Assembly (NCBI GenBank): GCA_041178085.1
Contig: JBEGVZ010000044.1
Location: forward strand, 1-31,517
Reading direction: 5' to 3'
Origin: Pseudomonadota bacterium
Lineage (GTDB): Bacteria; Bdellovibrionota_B; Oligoflexia; Oligoflexales; RGVZ01
Length of the DNA: 31,517 bases
The notes beneath the pieces were generated by a model, which saw nothing but the letters and a program-made list of their open reading frames with translations, made no database searches and was not told the DNA's origin. Of this stretch, positions 18,440-26,660 are shown piece by piece. Numbering within the stretch: the first letter of the stretch is position 1; each line of letters starts with the position of its first letter. Made by a program: the position numbers and the translations under genes.

Positions 18440-18937
18440 GTGACTGACAAGACCCTTCGCCGCCAGATTGAATCGATCAAGCGGCAGAAAATCGTGGGCA
18501 AAAAGGTGGTTTCTCTTTCCGACTTCCGGAATCTGAAGAAGACCATCGACACGCGGACCATTCTGGTCGTGGATGACGACGAGATCATGCGCAATGCCCT
18601 GAAACGCATCTTGGAATCTGCCGGCTACAAAGTTCTCTTGGCCCAGGACGGGCTTGAACTGTCCAAAATCCTCGAAGTCAACCGCCTGGACATGGTCCTG
18701 ATGGACGTCAACCTGCCGTGGGTCGATGGCTACGAGCTCTGCCGCCTGCTCAAAGGGCACCACTCCCTGGGTAAAGTACCCCTGATTTTTGTGTCTGCCC
18801 GCAAAGAAGAGGAAGACGTCCGCCGGGGTTTTGATGCTGGGTGCAACGACTACATCACTAAGCCCTTCGACGTGGACAAAATGACCGCAACCATTGCCAA
18901 AATCCTTGATTCCGGGACCGAGCGCCCGTCCGCGTGA
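18440..18937 (+). CDS. Single-domain response regulator with basic N-terminal extension
   Basis: ILVVDDD, LMDVNLP (phospho-Asp), FVSA, YITKPF; no output domain; GTG start after AAGAGG. Confidence 0.92.
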   Translation: MTDKTLRRQIESIKRQKIVGKKVVSLSDFRNLKKTIDTRTILVVDDDEIMRNALKRILESAGYKVLLAQDGLELSKILEVNRLDMVLMDVNLPWVDGYELCRLLKGHHSLGKVPLIFVSARKEEEDVRRGFDAGCNDYITKPFDVDKMTATIAKILDSGTERPSA

Positions 18938-18945
18938 GGATCTCC

Positions 18946-18975
18946 TTGACGCCCGGGCGCCTCTGCCAGTAAAAC
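18946..18975 (+). promoter_or_regulatory. Putative sigma70-type promoter of tRNA-Asn
   Basis: TTGACG-N18-TAAAAC ending 13 nt before the tRNA. Confidence 0.45.
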
Positions 18976-18988
18976 TTTAGACCGCTGT

Positions 18989-19064
18989 TCCTCAGTAGCT
19001 CAGTCGGTAGAGCAGGTGACTGTTAATCACCGGGTCGCAGGTTCGAGTCCTGCCTGAGGAGCCA
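18989..19064 (+). tRNA. tRNA-Asn (GTT)
   Basis: Acceptor stem TCCTCAG/CTGAGGA, anticodon arm GGTGA-CTGTTAA-TCACC, GTTCGAG T-loop, encoded CCA; 76 nt. Confidence 0.98.
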
Positions 19065-19083
19065 TCTCCACCTCCCTTGACTC

Positions 19084-19881
19084 ATGACATTCGAAAACTC
19101 CCCAGCCATTGACAGACTTGGCACCCACGAATCCGGGCATGGGATGATCGAGTTCACTTCGTTTCCTGCAGATGATGTTTCACTGAATACCATCCAGCAA
19201 CTTTGCAAACGCACTGCGGCAGAATTCGGACAAGGCTGGGATTGGGTCAGGATCAATTTGGATCAACGGCAATTCGCTTACCGCGATCCCCTGGAGAAGA
19301 TTGGCTTCCAGCTGGATGGGTGGGAGTACGGAATTCCCATCAAGCAGCTTAAAAATTCCCTCAAAGCCGCCAACCACGCGATACCGGGATTTTTTAGCAT
19401 CGCGCCAATGGATTACGAAAGAGACATCGATGCCGTGATGGAAATGGAAATATCCGTTCACGCCGCGGACCCGAGCACACGGGTCTCGCTTGATAATCCG
19501 GCTGCGCTACAAGGCGCGCGAGCATACTACCAGCGAACAAGCGGGGAAGGTGGCGTTTACTTGATGTGGCGCGACAATAAATTGTCGGGACTTGTTGGAC
19601 TTCGGGCGGATAAGAAACGAGCGGACGCCGTTCATATCAGCTCTGTCGCAATTGCTTTGGAGCTCCAAGGCCGGGGACTCTTCTTTCCCATGGTCATGAC
19701 GACCCTTGCCCAGTCCAAGTTTTCCAAACGAAAAATTTTAACCGGCGTCACGACAACCACTAAACTGATTCATGCCGCCGAAAAACATGGCGCGGCCCTG
19801 CTTGGTGTATCCATGTCAATCAACCGGGCCAAGCTCGGAATCTCTGAAGAAATACCTGATCCCTCAAGCCTGCCTGATTGA
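19084..19881 (+). CDS. GNAT-family acetyltransferase (probably tandem GNAT with degenerate N-half)
   Basis: HISSVAIALELQGRGL acetyl-CoA motif A; the N-half has LEKIGF resembling motif B. Confidence 0.7.
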   Translation: MTFENSPAIDRLGTHESGHGMIEFTSFPADDVSLNTIQQLCKRTAAEFGQGWDWVRINLDQRQFAYRDPLEKIGFQLDGWEYGIPIKQLKNSLKAANHAIPGFFSIAPMDYERDIDAVMEMEISVHAADPSTRVSLDNPAALQGARAYYQRTSGEGGVYLMWRDNKLSGLVGLRADKKRADAVHISSVAIALELQGRGLFFPMVMTTLAQSKFSKRKILTGVTTTTKLIHAAEKHGAALLGVSMSINRAKLGISEEIPDPSSLPD

Positions 19882-19928
19882 AACGTTCACCCGAGCCAGG
19901 GATCGTCACATTTACCTTACAAACTTTG

Positions 19929-20315
19929 CTACGGCACAAAGTCAAAAGTCTTTTTTACCAGGCCAACATAGTCATTCCGAATGCGATCAACGATCTTTTG
20001 CGCTTCACCTGCATCATAGACATGCGCCGCATGGTTGCGGTCGTTGATCATCGCCAGCCAGATGGACTCGTCGCTGATGTACCCGGATTGAAAGGCCCTG
20101 GTGAATACATCTTTGGGACCGGAGGTTTGCAAACCCTCGGATTCAAGAAATTTTTTCAAAACGTTCCCCGACAACTCGTAAACCATTTCAAAGTCTTTGA
20201 TAATCCCGGACAAGTCACGCGGCTCTGTGACCGGCGCCCCAATTGATCTTTCCAGGTTTCGGTAAGATTTTTCCAGATTGGTGAAACTTGAGGACGCAAC
20301 CTTAATTTTTTTCAT
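19929..20315 (-). CDS. HEPN toxin, HI0074-like nucleotidyltransferase substrate-binding family
   Basis: GIIKDFEMVYEL, PKDVFTRAF, W..M..DRNHAAHVY (RX4HXY). Confidence 0.9.
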   Translation of the reverse strand: MKKIKVASSSFTNLEKSYRNLERSIGAPVTEPRDLSGIIKDFEMVYELSGNVLKKFLESEGLQTSGPKDVFTRAFQSGYISDESIWLAMINDRNHAAHVYDAGEAQKIVDRIRNDYVGLVKKTFDFVP

Positions 20316-20595
20316 AGATCACGACCCCCTCCCGGTCGATTGCACCAAGTAAATTTTGATCACTCAATTGCTCTATCCAGACAAGATCAAGGCCACATAA
20401 CGTAGGAGCCAGCTCCTGGACATTTGTTTTCCATCGAGCCCATCCACCCTGGGTCATCGTTGGTGCCGAAATTGCAAAGTCGTAATCAGAACGCGGCTTG
20501 TGATCACCGCGCGCCCGGGACCCGAAGAGCTTCACCAGACGAATCGTCGGTTCACCAAGCGCTAATTTTTTTACAAACTCGACGATTGGATCCAT
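20302..20595 (-). CDS. Minimal nucleotidyltransferase (MNT) antitoxin
   Basis: LFGSRARGDHKPRSDYD (GS-X10-DXD), LDLV, IDREGVVIYE; overlaps the HEPN start by 14 nt. Confidence 0.92.
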   Translation of the reverse strand: MDPIVEFVKKLALGEPTIRLVKLFGSRARGDHKPRSDYDFAISAPTMTQGGWARWKTNVQELAPTLCGLDLVWIEQLSDQNLLGAIDREGVVIYEKN

Positions 20596-20677
20596 CAACA
20601 ACCCGTGACCACCTGTTTTGGCAACGCTCCATGCACGAAACAAAATTTCTTTGTATCAGTACCCATTCCGCAGGACA

Positions 20678-22201
20678 TCAATCGGTCGTACCCCTCGCGC
20701 TCCGATCAAGTAACTTTTCCAGGGCAGCCTCCGCATCAATCATGCCAAAGCCATAACGGCTGCTGAACCCATTGCCATCATACCCGGCGTCTGAACCGCC
20801 CACTTTTTGCGCTGTCGACAGTATTGCCTCGCGCAGGGCAGCAGGACTTGCTCCTGGCACAAAGCTTTGCAACATGGCGACGATACCGCCCACCTGCGGT
20901 GCAGCCGCCGACGTACCCCAGAATGAATTGGTGTAGTCCGGATCCGTCAAATTGGCCGGGTCGGTCCCCGTGTTGTAACCGGGTTGTCCGACGCGATCGG
21001 TCGTCCAGATACCAGGCGTAGCTGCTGGATCAGAAGGTCCCCCGGAAGAGGGGGCCACGAGCTCCATGCACGGTCCTGATCCACTTGAAGTCACCTTGAC
21101 GCCGTCGCGATTGACCGAACTGATCGCGATGACCGACTCGATGGCTGAAATGTCCGGCGACGGCTGGCGGCAATCGTTCGTGGCCGCGTTGCTCATGGCA
21201 AAGATGATCACGGAATCCCTTGCCACTTCGTTGATCGCTTCCACGACCACATCGGTCTCTGGTGGACGCATCCGGTAGCCCCAGCTATTGGAAAAAATCC
21301 GCGCACCACGCGAGTGGGCATAACGGAAAGCAGCGACCTGGTTCAGAAGCGAGACATCCACCACCACGGGTAAAACGCGGCACCACGAGCAGATACCAGC
21401 AATTCCCTGGCCATTGGCTCTTGCGCCGACGATCCCCGAAGTTGCCGTCCCGTGCTTATTTGAAGCGCCGTGAAGCAGGTTGTTGCCGTTGACGGCGAAA
21501 TTCCAGCCGGCCACATCGTCGATCAAGCCGTTACCGTCATCGTCTTTCTTGTTGGCGGGAATTTCACCTGGATTCACCAGCCATGCATCCTGCAAATCGG
21601 GATGGGAAGACTCGAAACCAAGATCAAGAACCGCAACCAGTGTTTGTGCCGGGACGATGTGACGCCCTTCCGCAAGACGCCACGCCGCAGTGACGCGGGT
21701 CATCTCAAGGTTCCACTGGTCAGCGAGCATTGGCTCCTGCCAGGGGGCAAAACCTCCGCGCGTCTCCACGGGGTAATGAAAATCGGGGTGTGCGTAACGC
21801 GCGACACCGTCTGCAAGAAGCGCATTGGAAGCGGCCAGGGCGTCAAGCGGATCGCGGAACCGTGCCACTACCGCATCGCCCATGAACGCGCGATTTTCGA
21901 TCGTTAAAAAACCAGGCAGCTGCGCAATCCGGTTCGATAAATCCGCACCACGGGATCCGGCACGTGCCGCGACCAGCACACGACTCATCTGCACTGGTGT
22001 GCCATGCGGTCCCAGTTGCACCGGCAACAACTCGCGTCCGGTGCCGGAATATTCGGTATTGCTCTTCTCGACCGCAACGCGAACAGGCTTTCCGCGCAAA
22101 CGCAGCTCAAAAGAGACTTCTTCCCCGGCCAATGCGGCGGAGGAGAAACAAAATCCAAGGCAAATGATCGATGAAAATGATGAAAGCATTGAACGGACCA
22201 T
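20678..22201 (-). CDS. Secreted S8 subtilisin-like serine peptidase
   Basis: Signal peptide and prodomain; VAVLDLG, KHGT, FAMSN oxyanion Asn, GTSAAAP; AAGGAGG RBS. Confidence 0.93.
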   Translation of the reverse strand: MVRSMLSSFSSIICLGFCFSSAALAGEEVSFELRLRGKPVRVAVEKSNTEYSGTGRELLPVQLGPHGTPVQMSRVLVAARAGSRGADLSNRIAQLPGFLTIENRAFMGDAVVARFRDPLDALAASNALLADGVARYAHPDFHYPVETRGGFAPWQEPMLADQWNLEMTRVTAAWRLAEGRHIVPAQTLVAVLDLGFESSHPDLQDAWLVNPGEIPANKKDDDGNGLIDDVAGWNFAVNGNNLLHGASNKHGTATSGIVGARANGQGIAGICSWCRVLPVVVDVSLLNQVAAFRYAHSRGARIFSNSWGYRMRPPETDVVVEAINEVARDSVIIFAMSNAATNDCRQPSPDISAIESVIAISSVNRDGVKVTSSGSGPCMELVAPSSGGPSDPAATPGIWTTDRVGQPGYNTGTDPANLTDPDYTNSFWGTSAAAPQVGGIVAMLQSFVPGASPAALREAILSTAQKVGGSDAGYDGNGFSSRYGFGMIDAEAALEKLLDRSARGTTD

Positions 22202-22220
22202 GACGCCTCCTTGAGAGAAG

Positions 22221-22895
22221 TCATGGTATCACAAGCGTGAACTTGATCTCTGCCCAACCTTCTTCGCTGCGGCCAAATTTGTTCTTGCGCGGTGTAAACC
22301 TGGCAATGCGGGCTGCCTCCAGGATCCGCTCGTCCATTCCAAATCCGACTTTTTTCCGGACTTCCGCCTGCAGCACTTTGCCTGCTTCGTCGACAAAGAC
22401 GTCGACAATGAAATTGCCCTCGAGATTCGCCTCAAGCGCGGCCTCGGTGTAGGCGGGTACCTTGACGGAACTCAGGATCAGGCGCGCATCCGCGCTCAAG
22501 TCACCGGCCATGGGTTTGTAATCTTCCGGGTTGATGCGCTTGCCCTCGTCACCTGTCAGCAGGGTGTTACCTACCGGTGCGGCGATGCCGGTGGCCTGGG
22601 GCGTTAACGCCTCTGGTGAAAGACCTTGGACGGGAGCCGTTTCAGGTGTCTTGGGCGGAGCTTTGCGTTCCGATGCAACCCGCTTCTTTTCCGGGGGTTT
22701 CTTTTTCGGGGGTTTTTCCTCGGGGCGCGGAGGAATTACCCGCACCACTTCAATCTTCACTGCATCTACGCGTTTTGGCTTGGGGGCCGTCGCCAGCCAC
22801 AGACATGCGGCAAGACCCAGATGCAGCAGCAGCGAAGCGACGAGCGGCCTCGCTGGTGCAATCTTTACGGGTCTTACGTACAATAAGGGCTGCAT
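22221..22895 (-). CDS. tonB: TonB-family energy transducer
   Basis: TM helix with SLLLH, Pro/Lys-rich linker, C-domain PAYTEAALEANLEG..VDEAGKV..GFGMDE..F.P. Confidence 0.9.
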   Translation of the reverse strand: MQPLLYVRPVKIAPARPLVASLLLHLGLAACLWLATAPKPKRVDAVKIEVVRVIPPRPEEKPPKKKPPEKKRVASERKAPPKTPETAPVQGLSPEALTPQATGIAAPVGNTLLTGDEGKRINPEDYKPMAGDLSADARLILSSVKVPAYTEAALEANLEGNFIVDVFVDEAGKVLQAEVRKKVGFGMDERILEAARIARFTPRKNKFGRSEEGWAEIKFTLVIP

Positions 22896-22921
22896 CGATC
22901 CTCGCCTTCGGTCTGGGGGGA

Positions 22922-22949
22922 ATATCGGCGCAAAAACCTGAAAGGATTA
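22922..22949 (-). promoter_or_regulatory. Putative sigma28-type promoter for tonB-S8
   Basis: Minus strand TAAT-N16-GCCGATAT, ending 26 nt before the tonB ATG. Confidence 0.45.
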
Positions 22950-22957
22950 AGGAAAAC

Positions 22958-23770
22958 ATGACTGCCGCCCGTTTTTTGACCATCTGTTCCCAAGTCCTTC
23001 TGCCTATTTTTAGGGCACCTCACATAACTTTTCTGATTTGTTCGGTTTTTTTGTCCTCATGCGGCGACGACGAGGACAACCGCCCTGAACGAATCTCAAA
23101 ACTGAGGGCGATCGGAGTTGCCAGCAGTCCGCTTGTTGGCAGCGCTCCGGCCCCCGGAGCAACGACCCAGGTGGAACTGACCGCTTACGCAGCTCTCCCC
23201 AAGGGGCAGACGGTGACCGCCACGTCCTTCATCGACGACGACGCGCGGTATGCGACTCCGGTGGTGGTGCAAGTGAACAACAACAGCCAGACGGTCGAGT
23301 CAAAAGCGGCACTGGACATCTACTCCGTGAAGGCGACCGCTACGATCGGTCCATTGACAGAATTGCAACAGGCGCAGCTTGCCATCAGCGGCGGCAAACT
23401 CCTGTTCAGGTATGGCATCCGCCTGGAGGCGGGCGATGAATCGGAAGATATCGTCGGCAATATTCTGGTCTATCCGCCCGGCGCCGAGGCACTGACATAC
23501 CAGCCGATCGATGTGACCATCAATGAACCGACCATTAATGCAACCCTTGGCACCGGGCCGGACCAGCCGCTGGTGGGAGATGTCATAAAAGCCCAGCAGG
23601 AAAACGTGAAAGTGTCGTGGTTTGTCAGTTCCGGCAAAGTCAAAAACCGCCGGGCCCGTGACACGAAGTGGGAACCGGTCGTTGCCGGCCCACAAACCGT
23701 AATCCTTACCGCACGCGGCCTGGCCAGCGGATCTTTTGTGATGAAGGTTGCCGACATCGTCGTCGAATGA
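22958..23770 (+). CDS. Hypothetical lipoprotein
   Basis: ATG 22958 after AAGGA; lipobox LSS-C followed by RPERISKLRAIGV; beta-rich mature part. Confidence 0.8.
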   Translation: MTAARFLTICSQVLLPIFRAPHITFLICSVFLSSCGDDEDNRPERISKLRAIGVASSPLVGSAPAPGATTQVELTAYAALPKGQTVTATSFIDDDARYATPVVVQVNNNSQTVESKAALDIYSVKATATIGPLTELQQAQLAISGGKLLFRYGIRLEAGDESEDIVGNILVYPPGAEALTYQPIDVTINEPTINATLGTGPDQPLVGDVIKAQQENVKVSWFVSSGKVKNRRARDTKWEPVVAGPQTVILTARGLASGSFVMKVADIVVE

Positions 23771-23786
23771 GTCGCGCCGGGAAAGG

Positions 23787-24134
23787 CTAGCTGCCGTATT
23801 GTTTCAAGATCCGACGATGTTCAGCCATCATCACCGGTAACGGCACACCCTGCGAGAAAGCCAGCGCAATCCTTTGCCCGTCGATCACGCGAAGGACCTT
23901 GCCAGCGACGTCGACCTTTTCCCCACTGGCAAAGGTCAAGACCCCTGAGATTGCGGTACCCGGCCGGGACAACTTTGCATACGCATTGCCGTCACACTGG
24001 ACCGAACAGCCGCCCTCAGACACATCAAGCACTTCCAGTTCATACCGTTCGAGCTTGAGTCTGGGCCGTTCCTTGACTGGAAACTCAAGCCGGAAATGCT
24101 GCCGCTTTTGCTCTGCGTTGTCTGCCGGACTCAA
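23787..24134 (-). CDS. Stand-alone PilZ-domain (c-di-GMP receptor) protein
   Basis: RQHFR (RxxxR) and DVSEGG (DxSxxG); TTG start after GAGGGAG. Confidence 0.9.
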   Translation of the reverse strand: MSPADNAEQKRQHFRLEFPVKERPRLKLERYELEVLDVSEGGCSVQCDGNAYAKLSRPGTAISGVLTFASGEKVDVAGKVLRVIDGQRIALAFSQGVPLPVMMAEHRRILKQYGS

Positions 24135-24163
24135 GAAGTCTCCCTCATGTCATGCGCCTCTAA

Positions 24164-24191
24164 TGAATTTCACATGCAGGCGGGCCGACAA
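24164..24191 (+). promoter_or_regulatory. Possible sigma28-type promoter for hpf
   Basis: TGAA-N16-GCCGACAA; good -10, weaker -35. Confidence 0.35.
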
Positions 24192-24218
24192 TCAAGATGA
24201 GACTGAAGGAGGGAACCC

Positions 24219-24719
24219 ATGGAAATGCAATTTTTCTTCAAGCAGATGGAAAGTTCAGACGCCCTTCGTAGTTATGCGGAGGGTAAGATCCGCGAGAAGG
24301 TCTTCAAGCTGTCATCGAAACCGGTGATGGCCCACGTGACCTTCATGCTCGTGCCGCCCAAGAATAAGGTGCACCTGCGTCTCCATGCCGGGGATGGAGG
24401 CAGCTCAGAGGTGGAGGTCATCGACGATGACATGTACGCCGCCGTCGACAAGTTGATCGACAAACTGGATATCCAGCTCCGTCGACAGAAAGAGAAACTC
24501 AAAGGCCACCGGAATATTTTCGCCCGCGCCAGGAAACTTGGCGAATACTTCCATGGGCCTTATTCACGCCTCGTTGGGTTCGGCCTGCGCGGCCAGCGTG
24601 GACTGACTCAGGTCCCGGCGGGAGCTGTTCCTGCCGTGGGTGACGACGCGGTGGAAGCCAGCGACTTGCTCAAACTGGAAGCGGCCAGGAAGCACCTGTT
24701 TCATCACAATGCATCCTGA
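24219..24719 (+). CDS. hpf: Ribosome hibernation promoting factor (RaiA/HPF) with C-terminal extension
   Basis: SDALRSYAEGKI and DMYAAVDKLIDKLDIQLRRQKEKLK; GGAGGG RBS. Confidence 0.9.
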   Translation: MEMQFFFKQMESSDALRSYAEGKIREKVFKLSSKPVMAHVTFMLVPPKNKVHLRLHAGDGGSSEVEVIDDDMYAAVDKLIDKLDIQLRRQKEKLKGHRNIFARARKLGEYFHGPYSRLVGFGLRGQRGLTQVPAGAVPAVGDDAVEASDLLKLEAARKHLFHHNAS

Positions 24720-26482
24720 GTCAGCAGCCTGCTAAAAGCGGGGGACCGTTTCACCACTTCGACGGTCCCCTGCCCAACCAATTTTCCACCTTCCAGGATC
24801 AGGACCTCATCCGCGCTTTCAAGAGCCGGGATCCGGTGCGCGATCATGATGACACAAGCACCTTGCGCGGCAAGTTTGCGCAAGCAACGGTAAACGACGA
24901 TTTCCAGTTCCGGATCGAGGGCTGAGGTTCCCTCATCAACGAGGACGATGGGAGCCTCGTGATAGGCAAGCCGCGCCAGCAAGACCCGTTGTGCCTGCCC
25001 GCCCGACAAATTATCTGCCAGCGAATCCAGGCGCGCCTCAAAATCACTGAGCCCGACGGTGGCAAGGGCCTTCGCGGCACGGGAGCGGTCTCCGTTCACA
25101 TCTGGATAGGAGATGTTTTGAAGCATGGAAGTCGTCGACATGAGCCGTACATCCTGGGGCATGTAACAGATCGGCCCGCACACGGACACGCTGCCTGACG
25201 ACAGGTCAAGCGAATCACCGGTCAAGCCAAGCATGGACTTGAACAGGGTTGTCTTGCCTGCCCCAGAGGCACCGCCAATCGCGTAAAAGCGCCCCCGCAA
25301 AAAATCGTAGGAGAAGCTGTCCAAAGCTGCCCGCACAGAATCCGGATAGACCACCCGCAAATTCTTGCAAGACACTGCGACCTGGCCGACGTCCAGAGTC
25401 TGGTCGCGGGAAGCGCCCACACGATCCTTCCTGTTTTGTCTTAAAAAACTGTCGATGCCAGAGAGGCGCTTGACGGCTGCCATTCCTTCCTTGTTGCTAT
25501 TGAAGTACTTGCCAAGCTTCGCAGCAGCCTGGCCAAACAGGCCGACAGAAGAAAAGAATGACACCAGCACAGCGCCCGTCGCGGCACCGCTTCGTATGTC
25601 ACCAAGGGCCACGTGCAGGATACCAACCACCGCAATGACTGCGAAGGCTTCGATCAAAGGGGATGTCCGCGCACGCAGGCGCGCGGCCCTGACCATGCGC
25701 TCAAGCAATCCGGCGTTCATTTCCCGCAAGCGCGAAAGTTCAATTGATTCCGTGCGGAACTGCTTGATCGTCTCGAAACCAAGAAACCGCTGCTGGATCC
25801 ACTCGGACAGTTCGGAGGTATCGGCAAGGACCTTGGAAGTACGTCCGCCAAGGCGCTTGCCAAGCTTGCGAAGCAGCACAGCGGCCGGCGCCAAACCCAG
25901 CAGAAAAAGTAAAAACAACTTTGGCGAGAGCATCACCAGGGTGACGCCCAGGAAGAGAACCTGGAAGCCCTCGCGCGGCAAGCCGCCGTGGAAGTGAACG
26001 ATGTACTCTCGAACCAGACGGACGTCGTTTGTCACTGCCGTGGCGATGGAAGAATCAACCTCGATGCCCCGCGCCGAACGTCGGGCAGCGGGACTCAACT
26101 CGACATAGGCAGCCATCAGATCATCGCGGATGGATTTTGCAATCCGCTCGCCAAGCCTCTCCCAGATGAACCACTGGGAGGCGCCAAGTGCGCTTTTGAT
26201 CGCAGCAACCCCCAGCAACAAAACGGGCAGCGCACGAAACAAATCCGCAGCGCTCACAGAGGAAGTGCCGGAAAGAAACACTGGCAACCAGGAAAGCCGC
26301 GGCGAGACAAGATCCTGCCACGGAACCTGGACATTCCTGTCGGACAGCAAAAGCTGCAACGCAGGGCCGATCAGCAGTGTGATGAGCGCAGATACAATGC
26401 CAAGAAGGACTGCGCTGACATGACCCAGCAACATGCCCGGTGCCTGGCTGCGCAAATATCTTTTCAGGAATCGATCTGCCAT
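24704..26482 (-). CDS. ABC exporter, fused TMD-NBD (MsbA-like)
   Basis: N-terminal TM helices; GASGAGKT, LSGGQ, VLVDE, SALD, IAHR. Confidence 0.9.
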   Translation of the reverse strand: MADRFLKRYLRSQAPGMLLGHVSAVLLGIVSALITLLIGPALQLLLSDRNVQVPWQDLVSPRLSWLPVFLSGTSSVSAADLFRALPVLLLGVAAIKSALGASQWFIWERLGERIAKSIRDDLMAAYVELSPAARRSARGIEVDSSIATAVTNDVRLVREYIVHFHGGLPREGFQVLFLGVTLVMLSPKLFLLFLLGLAPAAVLLRKLGKRLGGRTSKVLADTSELSEWIQQRFLGFETIKQFRTESIELSRLREMNAGLLERMVRAARLRARTSPLIEAFAVIAVVGILHVALGDIRSGAATGAVLVSFFSSVGLFGQAAAKLGKYFNSNKEGMAAVKRLSGIDSFLRQNRKDRVGASRDQTLDVGQVAVSCKNLRVVYPDSVRAALDSFSYDFLRGRFYAIGGASGAGKTTLFKSMLGLTGDSLDLSSGSVSVCGPICYMPQDVRLMSTTSMLQNISYPDVNGDRSRAAKALATVGLSDFEARLDSLADNLSGGQAQRVLLARLAYHEAPIVLVDEGTSALDPELEIVVYRCLRKLAAQGACVIMIAHRIPALESADEVLILEGGKLVGQGTVEVVKRSPAFSRLLTQDAL

Positions 26483-26526
26483 TTTTTTGGAGTGGATCCC
26501 CCGGAACGGGAAGCGAGGGATCTTGT

Positions 26527-26612
26527 TGGTGCGAAGGGGGGGACTTGAACCCCCAACCTCAAAGAGGACTGGCTTCTGAGACCAGCGTGTCTACCAGTTC
26601 CACCACCTTCGC
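26527..26612 (-). tRNA. tRNA-Leu (CAG)
   Basis: GCGAAGG/CCTTCGC acceptor stem, CTGGT-CTCAGAA-GCCAG anticodon arm, long variable arm, GTTCAAG, CCA; 86 nt. Confidence 0.97.
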
Positions 26613-26615
26613 ACA

Positions 26616-26648
26616 GCACGCTGGGGGACTGGTACCTTTCCAGCGTGC
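26616..26648. other. 9-bp inverted repeat between clpP and tRNA-Leu
   Basis: GCACGCTGG-N15-CCAGCGTGC; no U-tract. Confidence 0.5.
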
Positions 26649-26660
26649 GGAGCGAGAGTC

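Noticed and set aside
19023..19256. Minus-strand ORF ending WLLRQDSNLRPGD (and 26440-26739 containing WCEGGDLNPQ)
   Set aside because: Typical translations of tRNA antisense strands, not proteins.
20404..20411. AGGAGCCA matching the tRNA-Asn 3' end as a possible attR
   Set aside because: Only 8 bp, inside the MNT coding sequence, and there is no integrase; chance match.
22577..22957. N-terminal 127 codons of the 397-aa ORF
   Set aside because: Overlaps tonB on the other strand; RBS and signal peptide support ATG 22958.
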